Part shown: positions 18,051 to 30,067 of the stretch, piece by piece | Numbering within the stretch: the first letter of the stretch is position 1 | How the letters are laid out: every line of letters starts with the position of its first letter | DNA from: a virus | Lineage: Duplodnaviria > Heunggongvirae > Uroviricota > Caudoviricetes | Virus record (IMG/VR): IMGVR_UViG_2713897161_000005 | Length of the DNA stretch: 45,139 bases | Direction: 5' to 3' (one strand) | Made by a program: the position numbers and the translations under genes | Notes under the pieces: model-generated | Told to the model about the DNA's origin: nothing | Databases searched by the model: none | The model's input: only the letters and a program-made list of their open reading frames with translations

Positions 18051-18533
18051 ATGTGTAAATTCAATGATTTATTTGCGTATTGCAAACGAACCGGTGTTTT
18101 GACATACAAGAAAAAATGCGGAATAAAAATGCCAGGGCAAATTGCTGGGTCTGTCAACAAAAATAACTACATAAATCTTGGCATTGAAAAGAAAAGATAC
18201 TATGCCCACAGGATAATATGGGAAATGCATAATGGAACCATTCCTGATGGCTATCAGGTAGACCACATAAATGGCATAAGGTCTGATAATCGAATCGAGA
18301 ATCTCAGAATAGTGAAAAACAGCGAGAACTCGAAGAACCAGAAGCGAAAATCTACCAACAAATCTGGTATGACTGGCGTTTCATGGGATACGCAAACCCA
18401 GAGATGGAGAGCGCATATAACTGTTAATGGAAAGATGATATCTCTTGGAAGATATATACATAAGCTTGATGCATTAACAGCCAGAAAAAATGCCGAGATT
18501 AAATACAATTTTCACGAAAATCACGGGCGTTAA
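18051..18533 (+). CDS. HNH endonuclease with AP2-like DNA-binding region (homing-endonuclease type)
   Basis: HNH motif YYAHRIIWEMHNGTIPDGYQVDHINGIRSDNRIENLRIV; AP2-like GVSWDTQTQRWRAHITVNGKMISLGRY. Opposite strand to the flanking structural genes; AT-rich by eye. Confidence 0.75.
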   Translation: MCKFNDLFAYCKRTGVLTYKKKCGIKMPGQIAGSVNKNNYINLGIEKKRYYAHRIIWEMHNGTIPDGYQVDHINGIRSDNRIENLRIVKNSENSKNQKRKSTNKSGMTGVSWDTQTQRWRAHITVNGKMISLGRYIHKLDALTARKNAEIKYNFHENHGR

Positions 18534-19048
18534 TCGACGTTAACATCAACGATCTCTGTAGATACCTCTGCCTTATCAAAATAATCTTGCTGCATGCTCA
18601 CGGTTATGTGTGCCTGCATCGACAATGTCAGCACCCATCTTTCCTGCCACTGACTCTCGGCGTTGATCATCGGCGCCTGAATGGCAGGAGATGAGTAAAG
18701 CGGCGCAAGCCGTGCATCAATAGCCTTGATGATGTCGTAGCCATATCCACTGGTGAATGTTGTTTCCAGTGCAATAGCTCTATCCCCTGCCCCCTGACCA
18801 TAGATATCTACCTGAATATCAGCCTGGCGAACTTCCGTATATCCCATGGTGCTTGTGTCCGGAGAGCCGGTATCTTGCTTAAGCTCTCTCGTCGTGGATA
18901 GTCTGGTGAATCGCAAAGGGGTCAGGATACAGAACTGATCTTTGGGCATTGGTACACGGTTAGCCTGAGCCTGCAGGCATTTACCAGCGATAGGTTCTAT
19001 GTAGCCAGCAAGTACATCGATAATATTATCAACAGTGAAATCATTCAT
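18530..19048 (-). CDS. Phage neck/tail-completion protein (putative)
   Basis: Start set at ATG 19048 (MNDFTVDN...), which overlaps the upstream gene's stop; the track start at 19081 overlaps further. Confidence 0.4.
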   Translation of the reverse strand: MNDFTVDNIIDVLAGYIEPIAGKCLQAQANRVPMPKDQFCILTPLRFTRLSTTRELKQDTGSPDTSTMGYTEVRQADIQVDIYGQGAGDRAIALETTFTSGYGYDIIKAIDARLAPLYSSPAIQAPMINAESQWQERWVLTLSMQAHITVSMQQDYFDKAEVSTEIVDVNVD

Positions 19049-19422
19049 GGGCTTACCTGCAATACAGCAATCAGCCGGCACCAGTCAGGCCACAACTCTA
19101 TTGGCTCAACAACAAGCCATTGCTCCCCGTTAATCACGAAGATATCTCCGCCCTGCTCTAGTTCTCGCTGAACACTGAAGTAATTACCATTGACGTAAAT
19201 CACTTTTGCCAGCCCCTGAATATTCAGTCCATCGACGTGTTGCATGTCGCCGCGACTGATTGGCTGTAGTTGAATGGTAACGTGCTGGTCAGGGAGATAA
19301 GACGGAATCGGCTTGCGACCGGGGCCGATAGTTTCACCTGCATACTTTTTCAGGATTGCTGGGATGTTGGGGTTAATGCTTGTGATCGCGTTATTGGCTA
19401 TCTGTCGAAGATTCAATTTCAC
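19045..19422 (-). CDS. Phage structural protein (125 aa)
   Basis: ORF in the head-tail joining block. Confidence 0.4.
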   Translation of the reverse strand: MKLNLRQIANNAITSINPNIPAILKKYAGETIGPGRKPIPSYLPDQHVTIQLQPISRGDMQHVDGLNIQGLAKVIYVNGNYFSVQRELEQGGDIFVINGEQWLVVEPIELWPDWCRLIAVLQVSP

Positions 19423-19957
19423 CTACCTCATAATCAACAGCCCTTAACATGTCCCCGGTCCATATGAGAGGCTTGTTGTTGCTCATATCAACATCAACCT
19501 TTTTCACCGGACCGAAATAGCCCGGACCACCAAAAACATCTTCTCTGGCCTTCACTACATCCCACTTAGTCATTTCCGCCCTGTTATTAGGGAATCTACT
19601 TCTTAGAAGTACTGTTACCGGGCTTAATGGCGGCTCTTGAATAGTTCGAATGGATTCCTGAATGTCTGCTTTTATGATCTCGCCGATAAGATTCAGAACA
19701 GTATCCGCATCTCCGTCATGCGATTTCATGAGCTTTTCGACCTTTTCTGACCACTCTTCAGATTTAGAAGCTATAGCATTCCTGAAGAATGGCCTTGGCG
19801 GACTTCCACTTGCCGGGTTACCAAATTCGTTAGATGCTGCAACCATTGGCATAGAAGTACCATCCGGATAGGTGGCATCTTCAAGAAACCCGACCTTCAA
19901 TTGCTTTGAGAACAACTCACTACCAACTGAATCAAGGAACTCCATCACCTTATCCAT
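19391..19957 (-). CDS. Virion morphogenesis protein (putative)
   Basis: 188-aa ORF in the head-tail joining block. Confidence 0.4.
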   Translation of the reverse strand: MDKVMEFLDSVGSELFSKQLKVGFLEDATYPDGTSMPMVAASNEFGNPASGSPPRPFFRNAIASKSEEWSEKVEKLMKSHDGDADTVLNLIGEIIKADIQESIRTIQEPPLSPVTVLLRSRFPNNRAEMTKWDVVKAREDVFGGPGYFGPVKKVDVDMSNNKPLIWTGDMLRAVDYEVGEIESSTDSQ

Positions 19958-20388
19958 CAGTACCTCCGGTAATACCCATACGGGTAATTTGATGGAGAAT
20001 GCCCGCTTATATACTGGAAGGTGCGAAACGGCGCCGTAGCATTCCAGTAATCAGCCCCGTACTTTGTTTGCATGTACCATGCTGAATTTGCTGTTCCCCC
20101 TGGCATATCGGCATGAACGCTAACCGAACCCTCTGAAGCACTGTCGATTCTTCCAACCAATCCGGATGGAGACTGCCCATTTGCTCCTGAATACAAACAG
20201 GCGATATGGGCAACCAGCATATTCAGCAGCATTGAGCGTACAGCTAAATCCGACACACGACTTGAGTCTGTGTTATCGAGATAAATGGTTGCTTGCGTGA
20301 AATACTGCTGAAGAAGTACGTCGTCGACAGATGAGAATTCAGGATAGCGTAGCTTAAATGCGGAGGGGGCAAATATTACGACGCCCAT
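19957..20388 (-). CDS. Head-tail connector/adaptor protein (putative)
   Basis: 143-aa ORF downstream of the capsid genes. Confidence 0.4.
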   Translation of the reverse strand: MGVVIFAPSAFKLRYPEFSSVDDVLLQQYFTQATIYLDNTDSSRVSDLAVRSMLLNMLVAHIACLYSGANGQSPSGLVGRIDSASEGSVSVHADMPGGTANSAWYMQTKYGADYWNATAPFRTFQYISGHSPSNYPYGYYRRY

Positions 20389-20400
20389 TTGCTGCTCCCG

Positions 20401-20748
20401 CTATTTTTCGTCAGCCTTTTTTACGCCCGGAGCCGGATTTTCCGGGTCAAGGCCTTCAAGGCCAGTTTTTGATTCTTTCAGATCTTTACCCTGCGCATTC
20501 AGACTGCGAATATCTTTCTGAATGAAGATTGCATTGTTCTGAATATACGCGGCATCCTTATAGGTCTCGATGAACTTATCCATGAAGTCTTTCTCGACCA
20601 TGGTAACTCCGAAAGCCCCCTCAGGAATTGCACCATCAAGACCACGGAGGGCGGTTGTTGCCGCCCCGTTCAGGATTACTGTTTTGCCATCCAGAGTTAC
20701 CTGAAGGCCATTTGGCAATTTGCAGCCAACGCTTACCATTTCTGCCAT
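20401..20748 (-). CDS. Phage structural protein (115 aa)
   Basis: ORF immediately downstream of the major capsid gene. Confidence 0.4.
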   Translation of the reverse strand: MAEMVSVGCKLPNGLQVTLDGKTVILNGAATTALRGLDGAIPEGAFGVTMVEKDFMDKFIETYKDAAYIQNNAIFIQKDIRSLNAQGKDLKESKTGLEGLDPENPAPGVKKADEK

Positions 20749-20751
20749 GAA

Positions 20752-21792
20752 TTAAACTCCCAACATGCTTGCAAATGCCAGCGGCTGGCGAATGATTGCG
20801 CCCCAGGTGCCACCGGTTTTCTTTTGTTTGTACGCGGACAGGTCAACAACAACTGGATGCGCACGCATTTTTTCGGTAAATGCGCAGTAGCCGGTGTCCT
20901 GACCATCCAAATCGTCGGCGATCAGCTGAACCAGTTCGCCGGATTCGGTTTTGTACTCGACAGCAGTAACAACGCGCAGGTTCGGGAAGTTTTTCTTCAA
21001 CTGATCAGACACGTTGACGTTGTACATGTTGGTCTTGGTCAGATTTGCTTCTGACTCTGGAGACATCGCCAGCGTCATCTTGCTGTCTCGCTCAACGTAC
21101 CCCTTGGTCTGCTTCACTAACTGCATGTAAAGCGCCTGGATATCGTCATACACCGCCTGACCGTCTTTTGTTGCCCAGGTGGTTCCGCCGCTCGCACCAG
21201 TTGCACCCGGGGTGATTGATGCCGGAAGGTTAGGGTCATTCAGAATGCCGTAGTTCTTCAGGCCAGCAACGCCGAAGAAGTAGGACTTGTTCTGAAACTT
21301 ATTCAGGGTCAGCGCAGAAGCAGTATTCAGTTGTTGAGCCCATGCAATGCGGCCTTCACCGTAACGGTCAAGTTCCAGCTCACCCCACTGAGTAATGGTC
21401 TGGTACAGATAGGACTCACGAGCAACCCAGTTGACGTTAGCATTTACCTGCCCATTATTGTTGTAGTCACCATAACTGGAAACCTGACCCGTTGATTCCA
21501 CAACCGGGAATTGTGCGGTCATGGTGGTCCAGTCTCCCTTCTTCGTTTCCCCCAGAATTTCCACCGCTTTCATCGGAGTGACAAGGATGCGAATCAGTTC
21601 CGGGTCAACGTAATTAGTGAAGTACCATGGAATGCCAGAGTTGCTGGTTGTTACCAGTGAAGGCTGAGAGTCCATTGCATAGGAATAGCTATTAGCAACA
21701 GCATCCGTCAGATAGGCTTTGGCTTCCGGAAGGATTACACCGTAATCTCGCTCAGCCATAGCTTTATGTTGTAAAAATTCTGCGTTATTCAT
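20752..21792 (-). CDS. Major capsid protein (putative)
   Basis: 346-aa ORF in the canonical position after the protease/scaffold and a small head protein. Confidence 0.6.
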   Translation of the reverse strand: MNNAEFLQHKAMAERDYGVILPEAKAYLTDAVANSYSYAMDSQPSLVTTSNSGIPWYFTNYVDPELIRILVTPMKAVEILGETKKGDWTTMTAQFPVVESTGQVSSYGDYNNNGQVNANVNWVARESYLYQTITQWGELELDRYGEGRIAWAQQLNTASALTLNKFQNKSYFFGVAGLKNYGILNDPNLPASITPGATGASGGTTWATKDGQAVYDDIQALYMQLVKQTKGYVERDSKMTLAMSPESEANLTKTNMYNVNVSDQLKKNFPNLRVVTAVEYKTESGELVQLIADDLDGQDTGYCAFTEKMRAHPVVVDLSAYKQKKTGGTWGAIIRQPLAFASMLGV

Positions 21793-21795
21793 GTA

Positions 21796-22275
21796 TTAGC
21801 TCCAGGTGCCCATCTGAATCAATTCGCCAGCCTCGCCAGCACTGCCAACAACAAATTTTGTTTCAACGTAATCCGAGATTGACGCCCCGGCATCGCCAGC
21901 GGTAATGGTTCCATCTGACAGTTTGGCGAAAATCTTCTGCCCTACGGTTGCCGCACCGGCAGTTTTCACCCAGTAGTCGCCAGCAGTCATCAATGTCATC
22001 TGAACTCCAGGCTGAATAGTCATAGATGATTCACCAAGCCATGTGGTGACAGACGCCTGCCCTTCCCGATGAACGAAACCGGCAGGAGCACCGGTTCCAG
22101 TGTTATTGACAACACCATTGCTTACCCATGCAAAGCGACCAACAACAACCCCATTTGCACCGGCAACAAGAGCGCCCTCACCTGCAAGAAGACTTGCTTT
22201 AGGGTTAGCCGAAGCGAAATCCCCTTCAACTCCCGGCGCCTGTTGCTGATTAATTACACTTTGAAAGCCACTCAT
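21796..22275 (-). CDS. Head decoration/structural protein (putative)
   Basis: 159 aa, Gly/Ala/Val-rich; sits between the scaffold and capsid genes. Confidence 0.4.
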   Translation of the reverse strand: MSGFQSVINQQQAPGVEGDFASANPKASLLAGEGALVAGANGVVVGRFAWVSNGVVNNTGTGAPAGFVHREGQASVTTWLGESSMTIQPGVQMTLMTAGDYWVKTAGAATVGQKIFAKLSDGTITAGDAGASISDYVETKFVVGSAGEAGELIQMGTWS

Positions 22276-22278
22276 TTC

Positions 22279-23505
22279 TTAGCTCCGTTTCAGTTTAGTT
22301 GCGCCAGGAAATGCCTTGGCGAAAGAATTGGTTGCAGCAGAATCCATCCCCATACCATGAGATGGTTTGCGAACTACCGCTTTCTGGCTGATAGCAAATT
22401 CAACCATCGATTTAAGTGCTGAAGGATGAACGCCTTTATGTTCGGCACCGATTGAATCAAGAGCAAAGCGATAAATAGACTCTGCGGAATCCATAGCGAC
22501 CAGACTCACATCACCAACCAAAGCACGAACACATTCTCGAGCCTCATTGGCTTGACGGATACGCCCCATCACATTCTCTTCAGCTTTTCGAATCAATGCG
22601 GCATCCATAGCTGCTTTATTCTCATCATCGTCTTCATCCTCGGCAGTCTTTTTATCCTTGCCGTCATCATCTTCGTCTTCCGCTTCTTTGCGGTCACGAT
22701 CGCGATCCTTTCGCTCACGTTCTTCACGCTCTTTTAGTTCATCCTCTTCACGTTTCAGACGCTCTGCTTCTGACTCATTATCTCTCTCAGCCTGAGTGGC
22801 TTCGTCTTCAACAACCTTTTGCACTTTCTTTTCCACTTCTTCTGGCTTCTCATCACTTGCCAGCATCGGCGTGATAACTGCCATCAACTTTTTAGTAAGT
22901 TCTGACATTGATTTCATTCCTGTTGGTATTGAATCCCCGACAACAACGTCGGATCCGGCTCTTCCCTCTGTTACGAGAGCAACGTGGTTCCCGACGATAT
23001 CGCGCATTACACCATCGTATGGCTGGCCTTCATGCACGCCGGGGGTCATGTCAGCTACATATCTGTAGGCCGACGAAAGTTCTTTCTTCTCGTCTGTCTC
23101 GATTCCAGCGATAGAATCTGCGTCCCATACGACAAGCGAGTTCTTGAGATAAGTCCCGTCAAACTCAGCATCAGTACCAGTAGAACCAACCACAGCCATC
23201 TTCTGAGGGTCTGCAGCAGTAACCGGAATGTGTTCGTTAAGGAGCGGGATGTTGTTGAATGTAGATGCTGCTTTGGCTAACTCTTTCGGGTCACGAAGCA
23301 GGTAGTAAAACTTGTCAGGCTGTAAACCTAGCGATCTGTAATTAGGGATTTCACGCCCATAATAAGGGCAAACGTTAGCCTTACTGATTGGCGTCACTTC
23401 GATATGCAAACGCCCATCCTTATCAAAGGAGCGCACCGTTGCCTTGTCGAATGCCAATCCGTGATATCCCCATTGCCAGTCGCCTTTAACTTTGCGTAAT
23501 GGCAT
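22279..23505 (-). CDS. Prohead protease/scaffold fusion protein (putative)
   Basis: 408 aa; conserved N-terminal domain followed by a highly acidic, charged low-complexity segment typical of scaffolds. Confidence 0.5.
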   Translation of the reverse strand: MPLRKVKGDWQWGYHGLAFDKATVRSFDKDGRLHIEVTPISKANVCPYYGREIPNYRSLGLQPDKFYYLLRDPKELAKAASTFNNIPLLNEHIPVTAADPQKMAVVGSTGTDAEFDGTYLKNSLVVWDADSIAGIETDEKKELSSAYRYVADMTPGVHEGQPYDGVMRDIVGNHVALVTEGRAGSDVVVGDSIPTGMKSMSELTKKLMAVITPMLASDEKPEEVEKKVQKVVEDEATQAERDNESEAERLKREEDELKEREERERKDRDRDRKEAEDEDDDGKDKKTAEDEDDDENKAAMDAALIRKAEENVMGRIRQANEARECVRALVGDVSLVAMDSAESIYRFALDSIGAEHKGVHPSALKSMVEFAISQKAVVRKPSHGMGMDSAATNSFAKAFPGATKLKRS

Positions 23506-23639
23506 GCTTTTACCTTTCGGCAGGCAATAAAAAAGCCGCAGTAGCGGCCATTATTTCCTCTTGGACATAGCTATTTTCAGTAGTGCAATCATTAAGCAAC
23601 CAAAAATCAACACTAATCCCAGAGACCATAAAACCTCAA

Positions 23640-24458
23640 TCATTTTCTATCTATCCCAGGGATAACAGGAGACCACGTACAACGGCAGTTGATAGCCTCT
23701 CCCGGCAGCACCCATTCACCATCAAGATACAGCCCTTTATCGAGGTCGAACTCTTTACCGTCAGCTTTCACATGGGATGGCCTTGGCTGCTTCCCGGCGT
23801 GTGAGTGACGCCAGATTCCTTTGGTGATGCCTAACTTCTTCTGCCGTTCAGACTGAATTACCGCTGTAGCTTTGTTGTTCTGATCGCGTGCGATCGTCTC
23901 AGCGCGTCTGCGTGTAATGCCATATCGCTTAACCAGTTCATCAGTGAGATAGCCAAGGTCACGACCACGGCTGACAGACTGCATGACTATCGTCTCAACC
24001 TGTGTGTGATAGTGTTCAGGTATGGATTTAATCAGGTTGACGTTCTCGTTAACGACAGCCTGCATCACGTTCTTAAGCTCGTCATTCATTGTGAACTTAA
24101 CGGTAAATCCGCCAGCCTTTAACGCTGAGTGTAACGAAACGTCGGTGTTGCGCAGTGTCTTATCAACGAAGCGATCAGCCAGTTTCTTAGCCAGTTCATT
24201 GAATTTATGCTCCCACTGCTTGCCTAGTCTGGACAATCTGCGCTTTAACTCATTCGCGGGACTGGAATCCATCGCCATGTTGTTTTTGTATGCGCCCTCA
24301 AGCCAGTATCGGTATGACTTATCCATCTCCCTAACCAGTTTGAGAAGCTCAGAGCGATACCACTCATGAACTCCGGCATTAGCTCTGACTGGACGAAGGG
24401 TTTTCCGGGTCTTCGAATCCTTCTTCGACGGACTCGTTTTCGTGCTCTTCTTCGTCAT
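23640..24458 (-). CDS. Head morphogenesis protein (Mu gpF-like)
   Basis: 272 aa; C-terminal region typical of the Mu F / SPP1 gp7 minor head family (from memory); downstream of portal. Confidence 0.6.
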   Translation of the reverse strand: MTKKSTKTSPSKKDSKTRKTLRPVRANAGVHEWYRSELLKLVREMDKSYRYWLEGAYKNNMAMDSSPANELKRRLSRLGKQWEHKFNELAKKLADRFVDKTLRNTDVSLHSALKAGGFTVKFTMNDELKNVMQAVVNENVNLIKSIPEHYHTQVETIVMQSVSRGRDLGYLTDELVKRYGITRRRAETIARDQNNKATAVIQSERQKKLGITKGIWRHSHAGKQPRPSHVKADGKEFDLDKGLYLDGEWVLPGEAINCRCTWSPVIPGIDRK

Positions 24459-25914
24459 ATTCAGATTCCATCATGTGGTATGGGCTGGCCTTATCCGACT
24501 GGCGCATGCTTCTTATTGCATCAAGGTCGAATACGCCAGCTTCAGCATAGTTCTTGTCAGCCTCAGACTGATGTTTCATGATCTCGGCTTTCTCTGCTTC
24601 TGTAAGCTCGTACAGCGGCAGGAATTCAAAATCAATGTCAGGGTCAATCTCGCCAAATTCATTCAACTGGATAACATCCAGCACTGTTTTCAGCGGCACC
24701 CTGAACAGATTCTCCTGCATGGCGTGTATTGAGTCATAGAAGACGCGGATTTCGCCATCAGATGAAGCGTTTAGCCCGTTAGGAGTGATGCCAAGGAGCT
24801 TAACCAGAGGAATGCTTGATACCGATGCCATTTGTTCCTGCGCTTGCGCCTGAAGAGCATCAACTCCGGACAGACTTGTCACAAACTGGAAGAATTCTTC
24901 TCCATCCTTATCAATAAGGAACATTCCGCGATTGTCGCGAACCTTATTGAATAGCTCGGCACGCATAAACAGGTTTGGGTCTGCAATTCCAGACAAGGCA
25001 TTCTGCATGTTCGTCTTCAGCCCATAGACCACAAACGAATGAACCAGATCGCTAACGCTGTCACGTGTTCTCAACCAGTTCTGCACGTATGGCTCTGCCA
25101 TCTGACTCAGCGACAAGCCGCCGAAGTTGTACGCCGCTTTGAGAATGTCTGGCACCTGGCGAGAAATCATTGTCAACATGCGACTGGCGTGAACCGTGCG
25201 CCCCATGACATACCATTCAGATGGATTGAAGAAGTCAGGGCTTAGAGGATTGTCAGCGTTATACACGCCCGGGTAAGTCCACATAGCCTCGATAACGCGG
25301 AAACCATTCAGGCTTCCTTTGGTAATCTTGCGCGGGCTGATATAGAGCTTCTTATCCAGTTCGTCGGGAACCAGCCAGGCTGAGTTACCGCTTGGCGTCT
25401 TCACGTCGATATAAATCTGCCCGCGCCCGAAGTAACCGTCATGTTCCGCTGCCTCGCGAAACTTCTCTCGCACTCTGAAACGCTTTAATGCTTCGTCAAG
25501 CTGGCGAAGTTTATCGGCCTTGTCGTCACCATCGTCTTTACCTACATGCTTCAGCTCAATCCATTTTCGCGTCATCTCTTCTGCTATCGTGCCAGTAATC
25601 TTGCGATACTCCGGCAACTGAGCAAGTTGAGACAGATATGGGTAGCCAGGAAATCCACCGTAGCCATATGCGGTGATGTTTGCTGAGTTAAGGTAACTGT
25701 ACGGCGTGGAGTCCATCGCCAGAGCTGACTCCCCAATATGTTCAGGAATAACGCCTGGCGGGGGTACGTATCTCTCAATTCTACGCAATGCCTCGCCTTC
25801 ATTTTTAATTCGCTCCTGTTCGCTAATAATCGCAAGAACATTCGCCAGAGACATTGGCTGTTTCGCCTCTTCTTTCTGAGGCTCAGATTTTTTCTTTCTC
25901 AAAAAATTAAACAC
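24379..25914 (-). CDS. Portal protein
   Basis: 511-aa ORF directly downstream of the large terminase; start codon overlaps the TerL stop. Confidence 0.65.
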   Translation of the reverse strand: MFNFLRKKKSEPQKEEAKQPMSLANVLAIISEQERIKNEGEALRRIERYVPPPGVIPEHIGESALAMDSTPYSYLNSANITAYGYGGFPGYPYLSQLAQLPEYRKITGTIAEEMTRKWIELKHVGKDDGDDKADKLRQLDEALKRFRVREKFREAAEHDGYFGRGQIYIDVKTPSGNSAWLVPDELDKKLYISPRKITKGSLNGFRVIEAMWTYPGVYNADNPLSPDFFNPSEWYVMGRTVHASRMLTMISRQVPDILKAAYNFGGLSLSQMAEPYVQNWLRTRDSVSDLVHSFVVYGLKTNMQNALSGIADPNLFMRAELFNKVRDNRGMFLIDKDGEEFFQFVTSLSGVDALQAQAQEQMASVSSIPLVKLLGITPNGLNASSDGEIRVFYDSIHAMQENLFRVPLKTVLDVIQLNEFGEIDPDIDFEFLPLYELTEAEKAEIMKHQSEADKNYAEAGVFDLDAIRSMRQSDKASPYHMMESEYDEEEHENESVEEGFEDPENPSSSQS

Positions 25915-27440
25915 TATGCGAGCCTCAAAAGGTCTTCAGATATACGTAACGGACCATTGCCATTTTTCATCTCATCGATGGCATCCATCATCGGATCAAG
26001 CTGGTCGTCGTGCGTATTGAAATCAGGATTAATAGCTTCCATCTCAACGAGGAAGTCGTTGATGAATGGTGCGCTGCTGGGCAACTTGATGTAACCGGAC
26101 TCGATATAACCCTGTACGTCCATCAGTCGCGTGTACTTATCCTTATCGCGCTGAATTGCTTTGATGGGGCATATCGCTTTTTTACGGATGTTCTGTATCA
26201 GGCCTGTGCCAGATGACTTGTCCTCTATCGCCATGTGGCGAAGCGGCCCATTCTTCAGAGTTTTGCACTTTTCCCAGAATGCAACAGCACGGCGTTGTAA
26301 TTCATCGGCCTCCCATTTACCGCGAATCATATCGATCAGATAGATGTACCCGTCAGTACCAAGCCCCCAGTGCTCGAATACTGAGAAGTCGTTGACCTCT
26401 TTTGTTTTCTGTGCGGTGTCTCCATAGACGGCACGCCATTGCATGGGAGGGAGTACCGAATATTCACCAAACCATTCAGACTTAATAAGCCCCCCGCCTT
26501 TGGCGGTTGGTCGTTGCTGATAAAGAGCATTCCATACAAGGGAACCGCGCTGTTTGCATTTCTCTACGAACTCTCTCGGCATGCGCTCAGGGAACAGAAT
26601 TTCACCGGGATTGCGCAGTCGATATACGTTACCGTTGAGTTCATGGATCTCCTCCTTTTCAGCCTCCATAGGGAAGCTAACTACGCGCCAGCGTTCCCCG
26701 CCTTCTTCTGCCAGTTTTAATAACTGGCCGGCGAGATCGTTTTGATGCCAGCGTGTCAGAATGATGACGATGCCGTTTATCTTCGGGTCAACACGCGTGA
26801 AGAATGTCGTGTCGTACCAGTCCATCACCGCTTCCTGGTAAGTTGGAGACGATGCGGTTTTGTAATCTTTCGCGGGGTCATCAATAACCCCAATGTTCAT
26901 ACCCTGCCCGGTGATACCACCGTTAACACCAGCGGAACGATATGAGCCGCCGTGTAGTTCGCCTTTGGCATCAACTGGTTCCCATAGCTCGGTTTTGTTG
27001 ATACCTCCCGCCAAACTGCGTCCTGAGGGTATTTTCACGTCAGGGAAAACATCAGCGTACTTATCAGATGTGATAATGCGTTTAACGTCACGGCTCATTC
27101 GGTCTGACAGGTCAGAAGAATATGAGCACGAGATAATGTTCCATGATGGATGCTGTCCTAACACATACGCTGGGAAGCGGCGAGAGCACAACTCACTCTT
27201 TCCTGAGCGCGGAGGGGCAAACACCATTAGCCTGGGCATGTTTCCGGCTTTAACTTCATCCAGAAAGTGATCTAGCTCAGCACAAAGCAGCTCGTTAAAC
27301 CAACCTGTTTCGTATTGCGGATTAGTGTACAAAGTGAAATCGAGAAGGTTTTTTCTTGCTGAGCGGATAGCCAGCTCTTTGTGCAACTCATAAATCTGAG
27401 CGTTTCGATTCAAGCTGATTGGAGCGCCTGCCATTACCAA
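25914..27440 (-). CDS. Terminase large subunit
   Basis: 508 aa; Walker A-like FAPPRSGKS near the N-terminus and a nuclease-type C-terminal half; overlaps the small subunit 3' end. Confidence 0.8.
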   Translation of the reverse strand: MVMAGAPISLNRNAQIYELHKELAIRSARKNLLDFTLYTNPQYETGWFNELLCAELDHFLDEVKAGNMPRLMVFAPPRSGKSELCSRRFPAYVLGQHPSWNIISCSYSSDLSDRMSRDVKRIITSDKYADVFPDVKIPSGRSLAGGINKTELWEPVDAKGELHGGSYRSAGVNGGITGQGMNIGVIDDPAKDYKTASSPTYQEAVMDWYDTTFFTRVDPKINGIVIILTRWHQNDLAGQLLKLAEEGGERWRVVSFPMEAEKEEIHELNGNVYRLRNPGEILFPERMPREFVEKCKQRGSLVWNALYQQRPTAKGGGLIKSEWFGEYSVLPPMQWRAVYGDTAQKTKEVNDFSVFEHWGLGTDGYIYLIDMIRGKWEADELQRRAVAFWEKCKTLKNGPLRHMAIEDKSSGTGLIQNIRKKAICPIKAIQRDKDKYTRLMDVQGYIESGYIKLPSSAPFINDFLVEMEAINPDFNTHDDQLDPMMDAIDEMKNGNGPLRISEDLLRLA

Positions 27441-27978
27441 GCTCCTTCAGTTTCTCTTCAAGTAACTCTTCTGACATATCGGCATAACGAACAGGCCCAC
27501 CATCAGCGCCAGTTATTTCTGTAGATGTTTGCTCTTTAAATGCCTGAACAGAAACATGCTTGCCAAGAAGTTCGAGGTTTTTGACCTTATCAGGCCATTT
27601 GATTTTCTTCAGGAGAGCAGCACTATCTGCTGATGCCATCTCGACGACATCCATTCCTGATAGCGTTGTACGCCACACCTTAGGCCAGTCTTTAATCGGC
27701 TTCAGTTCGCCATTGGCAAGCAGGATATCCAGCACGTCCATCTGGTCTATTTCAGTCAGCCGTCGCAATACATAGGCAGCGTCTATACCTACCTCTTCAT
27801 TGCGTTCAGCCTTTAGCTCAGCAATGCGATCTGCTATGTCAGGTTTTGACAGGTTCTCGCTACCAGTGGCGCGAGCAGTTTTTTCGCTGTAACCCGCCCT
27901 GATAGCTGCCTGAGTGGCGTTTAAATCTTTCAGGTACTCACGGGCAAACAGCTCTTGTTTGTCTGTGAGCTTTGCCAT
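27388..27978 (-). CDS. Terminase small subunit
   Basis: 196 aa; N-terminus LTDKQELFAREYLKDLNATQAAIRAGYS is the classic TerS HTH signature. Confidence 0.75.
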   Translation of the reverse strand: MAKLTDKQELFAREYLKDLNATQAAIRAGYSEKTARATGSENLSKPDIADRIAELKAERNEEVGIDAAYVLRRLTEIDQMDVLDILLANGELKPIKDWPKVWRTTLSGMDVVEMASADSAALLKKIKWPDKVKNLELLGKHVSVQAFKEQTSTEITGADGGPVRYADMSEELLEEKLKELGNGRRSNQLESKRSDL

Positions 27979-28081
27979 TGTTGGCTCCGTTTATCCGTTA
28001 AAAGGGATATCAGTTAAGTTATCCCGTGTAGGGTATAAGCCATTATCAAAGCCACTCTGTAGGGAATGGCTTTTGTAATAA

Positions 28082-28462
28082 CTACTGTTCGCTTAACTTC
28101 TGCTTCAGCAAGTAACCTTCGAGCATCCAGATTTTGTTTACAGCATTTTGCCGGGCAATCTTCCGACCAATTTCTGCATCAAAATTTTCAGGGCTTGCAC
28201 AGGCACTCTCTCCGGTGACGGTGAAGCCATTCTTCAGCACCAGTACGCAGAAAGTGAGCAACTTCAATGGTGATAAATCACGATCGCCTTCTTCTGGTTT
28301 TTCTCTGCCACAATATTCGTTGCTGGAAATGGCACCATTTCGTCCATCATAAGCAGTAAAGTAATGCTCGCTTTTAATCACGTCTTCGATGTGCTGCGGG
28401 CTGATTCGCGGTGCCGTTTTGCCTTTCTCAACGATTTCTTTTTCGATTTGCTGGTCGTTCAT
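28082..28462 (-). CDS. Hypothetical phage protein (126 aa) upstream of terminase
   Basis: ORF with start MNDQQIEKEIVEKGK...; function unassigned. Confidence 0.4.
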   Translation of the reverse strand: MNDQQIEKEIVEKGKTAPRISPQHIEDVIKSEHYFTAYDGRNGAISSNEYCGREKPEEGDRDLSPLKLLTFCVLVLKNGFTVTGESACASPENFDAEIGRKIARQNAVNKIWMLEGYLLKQKLSEQ

Positions 28463-28678
28463 AATTATGACCCTGTGGAGTGGTTGCTTGATTAGGATGT
28501 CTTTCCATCAGTCCGCCACCACAAAGAATCTTTTTTTGCCATAAGGCAGGAGGTTCATCTTTCAGTGGCTGCCAGTGTTATTTCCCCACTTACTGGCTTG
28601 GGTTGTTTCGCTGTACTGCCGTAACTGGTTGCCCAGAATAAATTCCGGTTTCATTATCAAGCCCACCCGTAGATAGGC

Positions 28679-29560
28679 NNNNNNNNNNNNNNNNNNNNNN
28701 NNNNNNNNNNNNNNNNNNNNNNNNNNNNNNNNNNNNNNNNNNNNNNNNNNNNNNNNNNNNNNNNNNNNNNNNNNNNNNNNNNNNNNNNNNNNNNNNNNNN
28801 NNNNNNNNNNNNNNNNNNNNNNNNNNNNNNNNNNNNNNNNNNNNNNNNNNNNNNNNNNNNNNNNNNNNNNNNNNNNNNNNNNNNNNNNNNNNNNNNNNNN
28901 NNNNNNNNNNNNNNNNNNNNNNNNNNNNNNNNNNNNNNNNNNNNNNNNNNNNNNNNNNNNNNNNNNNNNNNNNNNNNNNNNNNNNNNNNNNNNNNNNNNN
29001 NNNNNNNNNNNNNNNNNNNNNNNNNNNNNNNNNNNNNNNNNNNNNNNNNNNNNNNNNNNNNNNNNNNNNNNNNNNNNNNNNNNNNNNNNNNNNNNNNNNN
29101 NNNNNNNNNNNNNNNNNNNNNNNNNNNNNNNNNNNNNNNNNNNNNNNNNNNNNNNNNNNNNNNNNNNNNNNNNNNNNNNNNNNNNNNNNNNNNNNNNNNN
29201 NNNNNNNNNNNNNNNNNNNNNNNNNNNNNNNNNNNNNNNNNNNNNNNNNNNNNNNNNNNNNNNNNNNNNNNNNNNNNNNNNNNNNNNNNNNNNNNNNNNN
29301 NNNNNNNNNNNNNNNNNNNNNNNNNNNNNNNNNNNNNNNNNNNNNNNNNNNNNNNNNNNNNNNNNNNNNNNNNNNNNNNNNNNNNNNNNNNNNNNNNNNN
29401 NNNNNNNNNNNNNNNNNNNNNNNNNNNNNNNNNNNNNNNNNNNNNNNNNNNNNNNNNNNNNNNNNNNNNNNNNNNNNNNNNNNNNNNNNNNNNNNNNNNN
29501 NNNNNNNNNNNNNNNNNNNNNNNNNNNNNNNNNNNNNNNNNNNNNNNNNNNNNNNNNNNN
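28679..29560. other. N-run (882 nt, unresolved or masked) between the lysis cassette and packaging genes
   Basis: Continuous n characters; ORFs crossing it are artefacts. Confidence 0.99.
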
Positions 29561-29629
29561 CACTCCAGAAGTGATCACCACCCTGTCTACAGAGCCAGAT
29601 GTGAAGGATGATGAGTAAAATTATCGCTA

Positions 29630-30067
29630 TCATCGAAGGCATTGCGTCCTGATGTATTCCTGCAAGTAGTTAACCTGCGCGGTTATCCTGTCGATTCCAC
29701 TTCGGAGACGGTAATAATTGAGTTCAGCATCTGCTGTAAGTCTTGGGCTTTCTCCATCGCCCATGCTGCTGGCTCCGGTCGTTGGCTTTGCACAGGTGGC
29801 GGCGACTTGCAGGCGCTTACGACCAGCAGAAACATCAGCACGGAGGCTTTCGATAGTCGCGTTAGCATCAGCAAGCTCCTTTGTGTATCTGGCGTCGAGT
29901 TCTGCTACATCACGTTGACGCTTCTGCATATCAGCGATGATGGATGTGGCTTTATCGCGCTGGTCTTTGTAGGCGATGGCGTTATCACGGTAATGATTAA
30001 CAGCCCATGACAGGCAGACGATGATGCAGATAACCAGAGCGGAGATAATCGCGGTGACTCTGCTCAT
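29630..30067 (-). CDS. Rz: Spanin inner-membrane subunit Rz
   Basis: From ATG 30067 (overlaps the endolysin stop, ATGA): [31 protein letters not shown]... matches lambda Rz N-terminus from memory. Confidence 0.75.
   Translation of the reverse strand: MSRVTAIISALVICIIVCLSWAVNHYRDNAIAYKDQRDKATSIIADMQKRQRDVAELDARYTKELADANATIESLRADVSAGRKRLQVAATCAKPTTGASSMGDGESPRLTADAELNYYRLRSGIDRITAQVNYLQEYIRTQCLR
29683..29874 (-). CDS. Rz1: Spanin outer-membrane lipoprotein Rz1 (embedded in Rz, +1 frame)
   Basis: 63-aa ORF wholly inside Rz; lipobox LVVSAC followed by a Pro-rich segment. Confidence 0.6.
   Translation of the reverse strand: MLMLTRLSKASVLMFLLVVSACKSPPPVQSQRPEPAAWAMEKAQDLQQMLNSIITVSEVESTG

Noticed and set aside
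28463-28678. Possible cos site between the lysis and packaging genes
   Set aside because: Only a vague resemblance (TTCCGGTTT) to lambda cosB; the terminase is not lambda-type and the region abuts the N-run.
28562-29642. ORFs 28562-29581(-) and 28590-29642(-) crossing the second N-run
   Set aside because: Artefacts of the gap. The visible ends ([10 protein letters not shown]... and a possible 30-aa ORF at 28562-28654) are too short and lack a convincing RBS.
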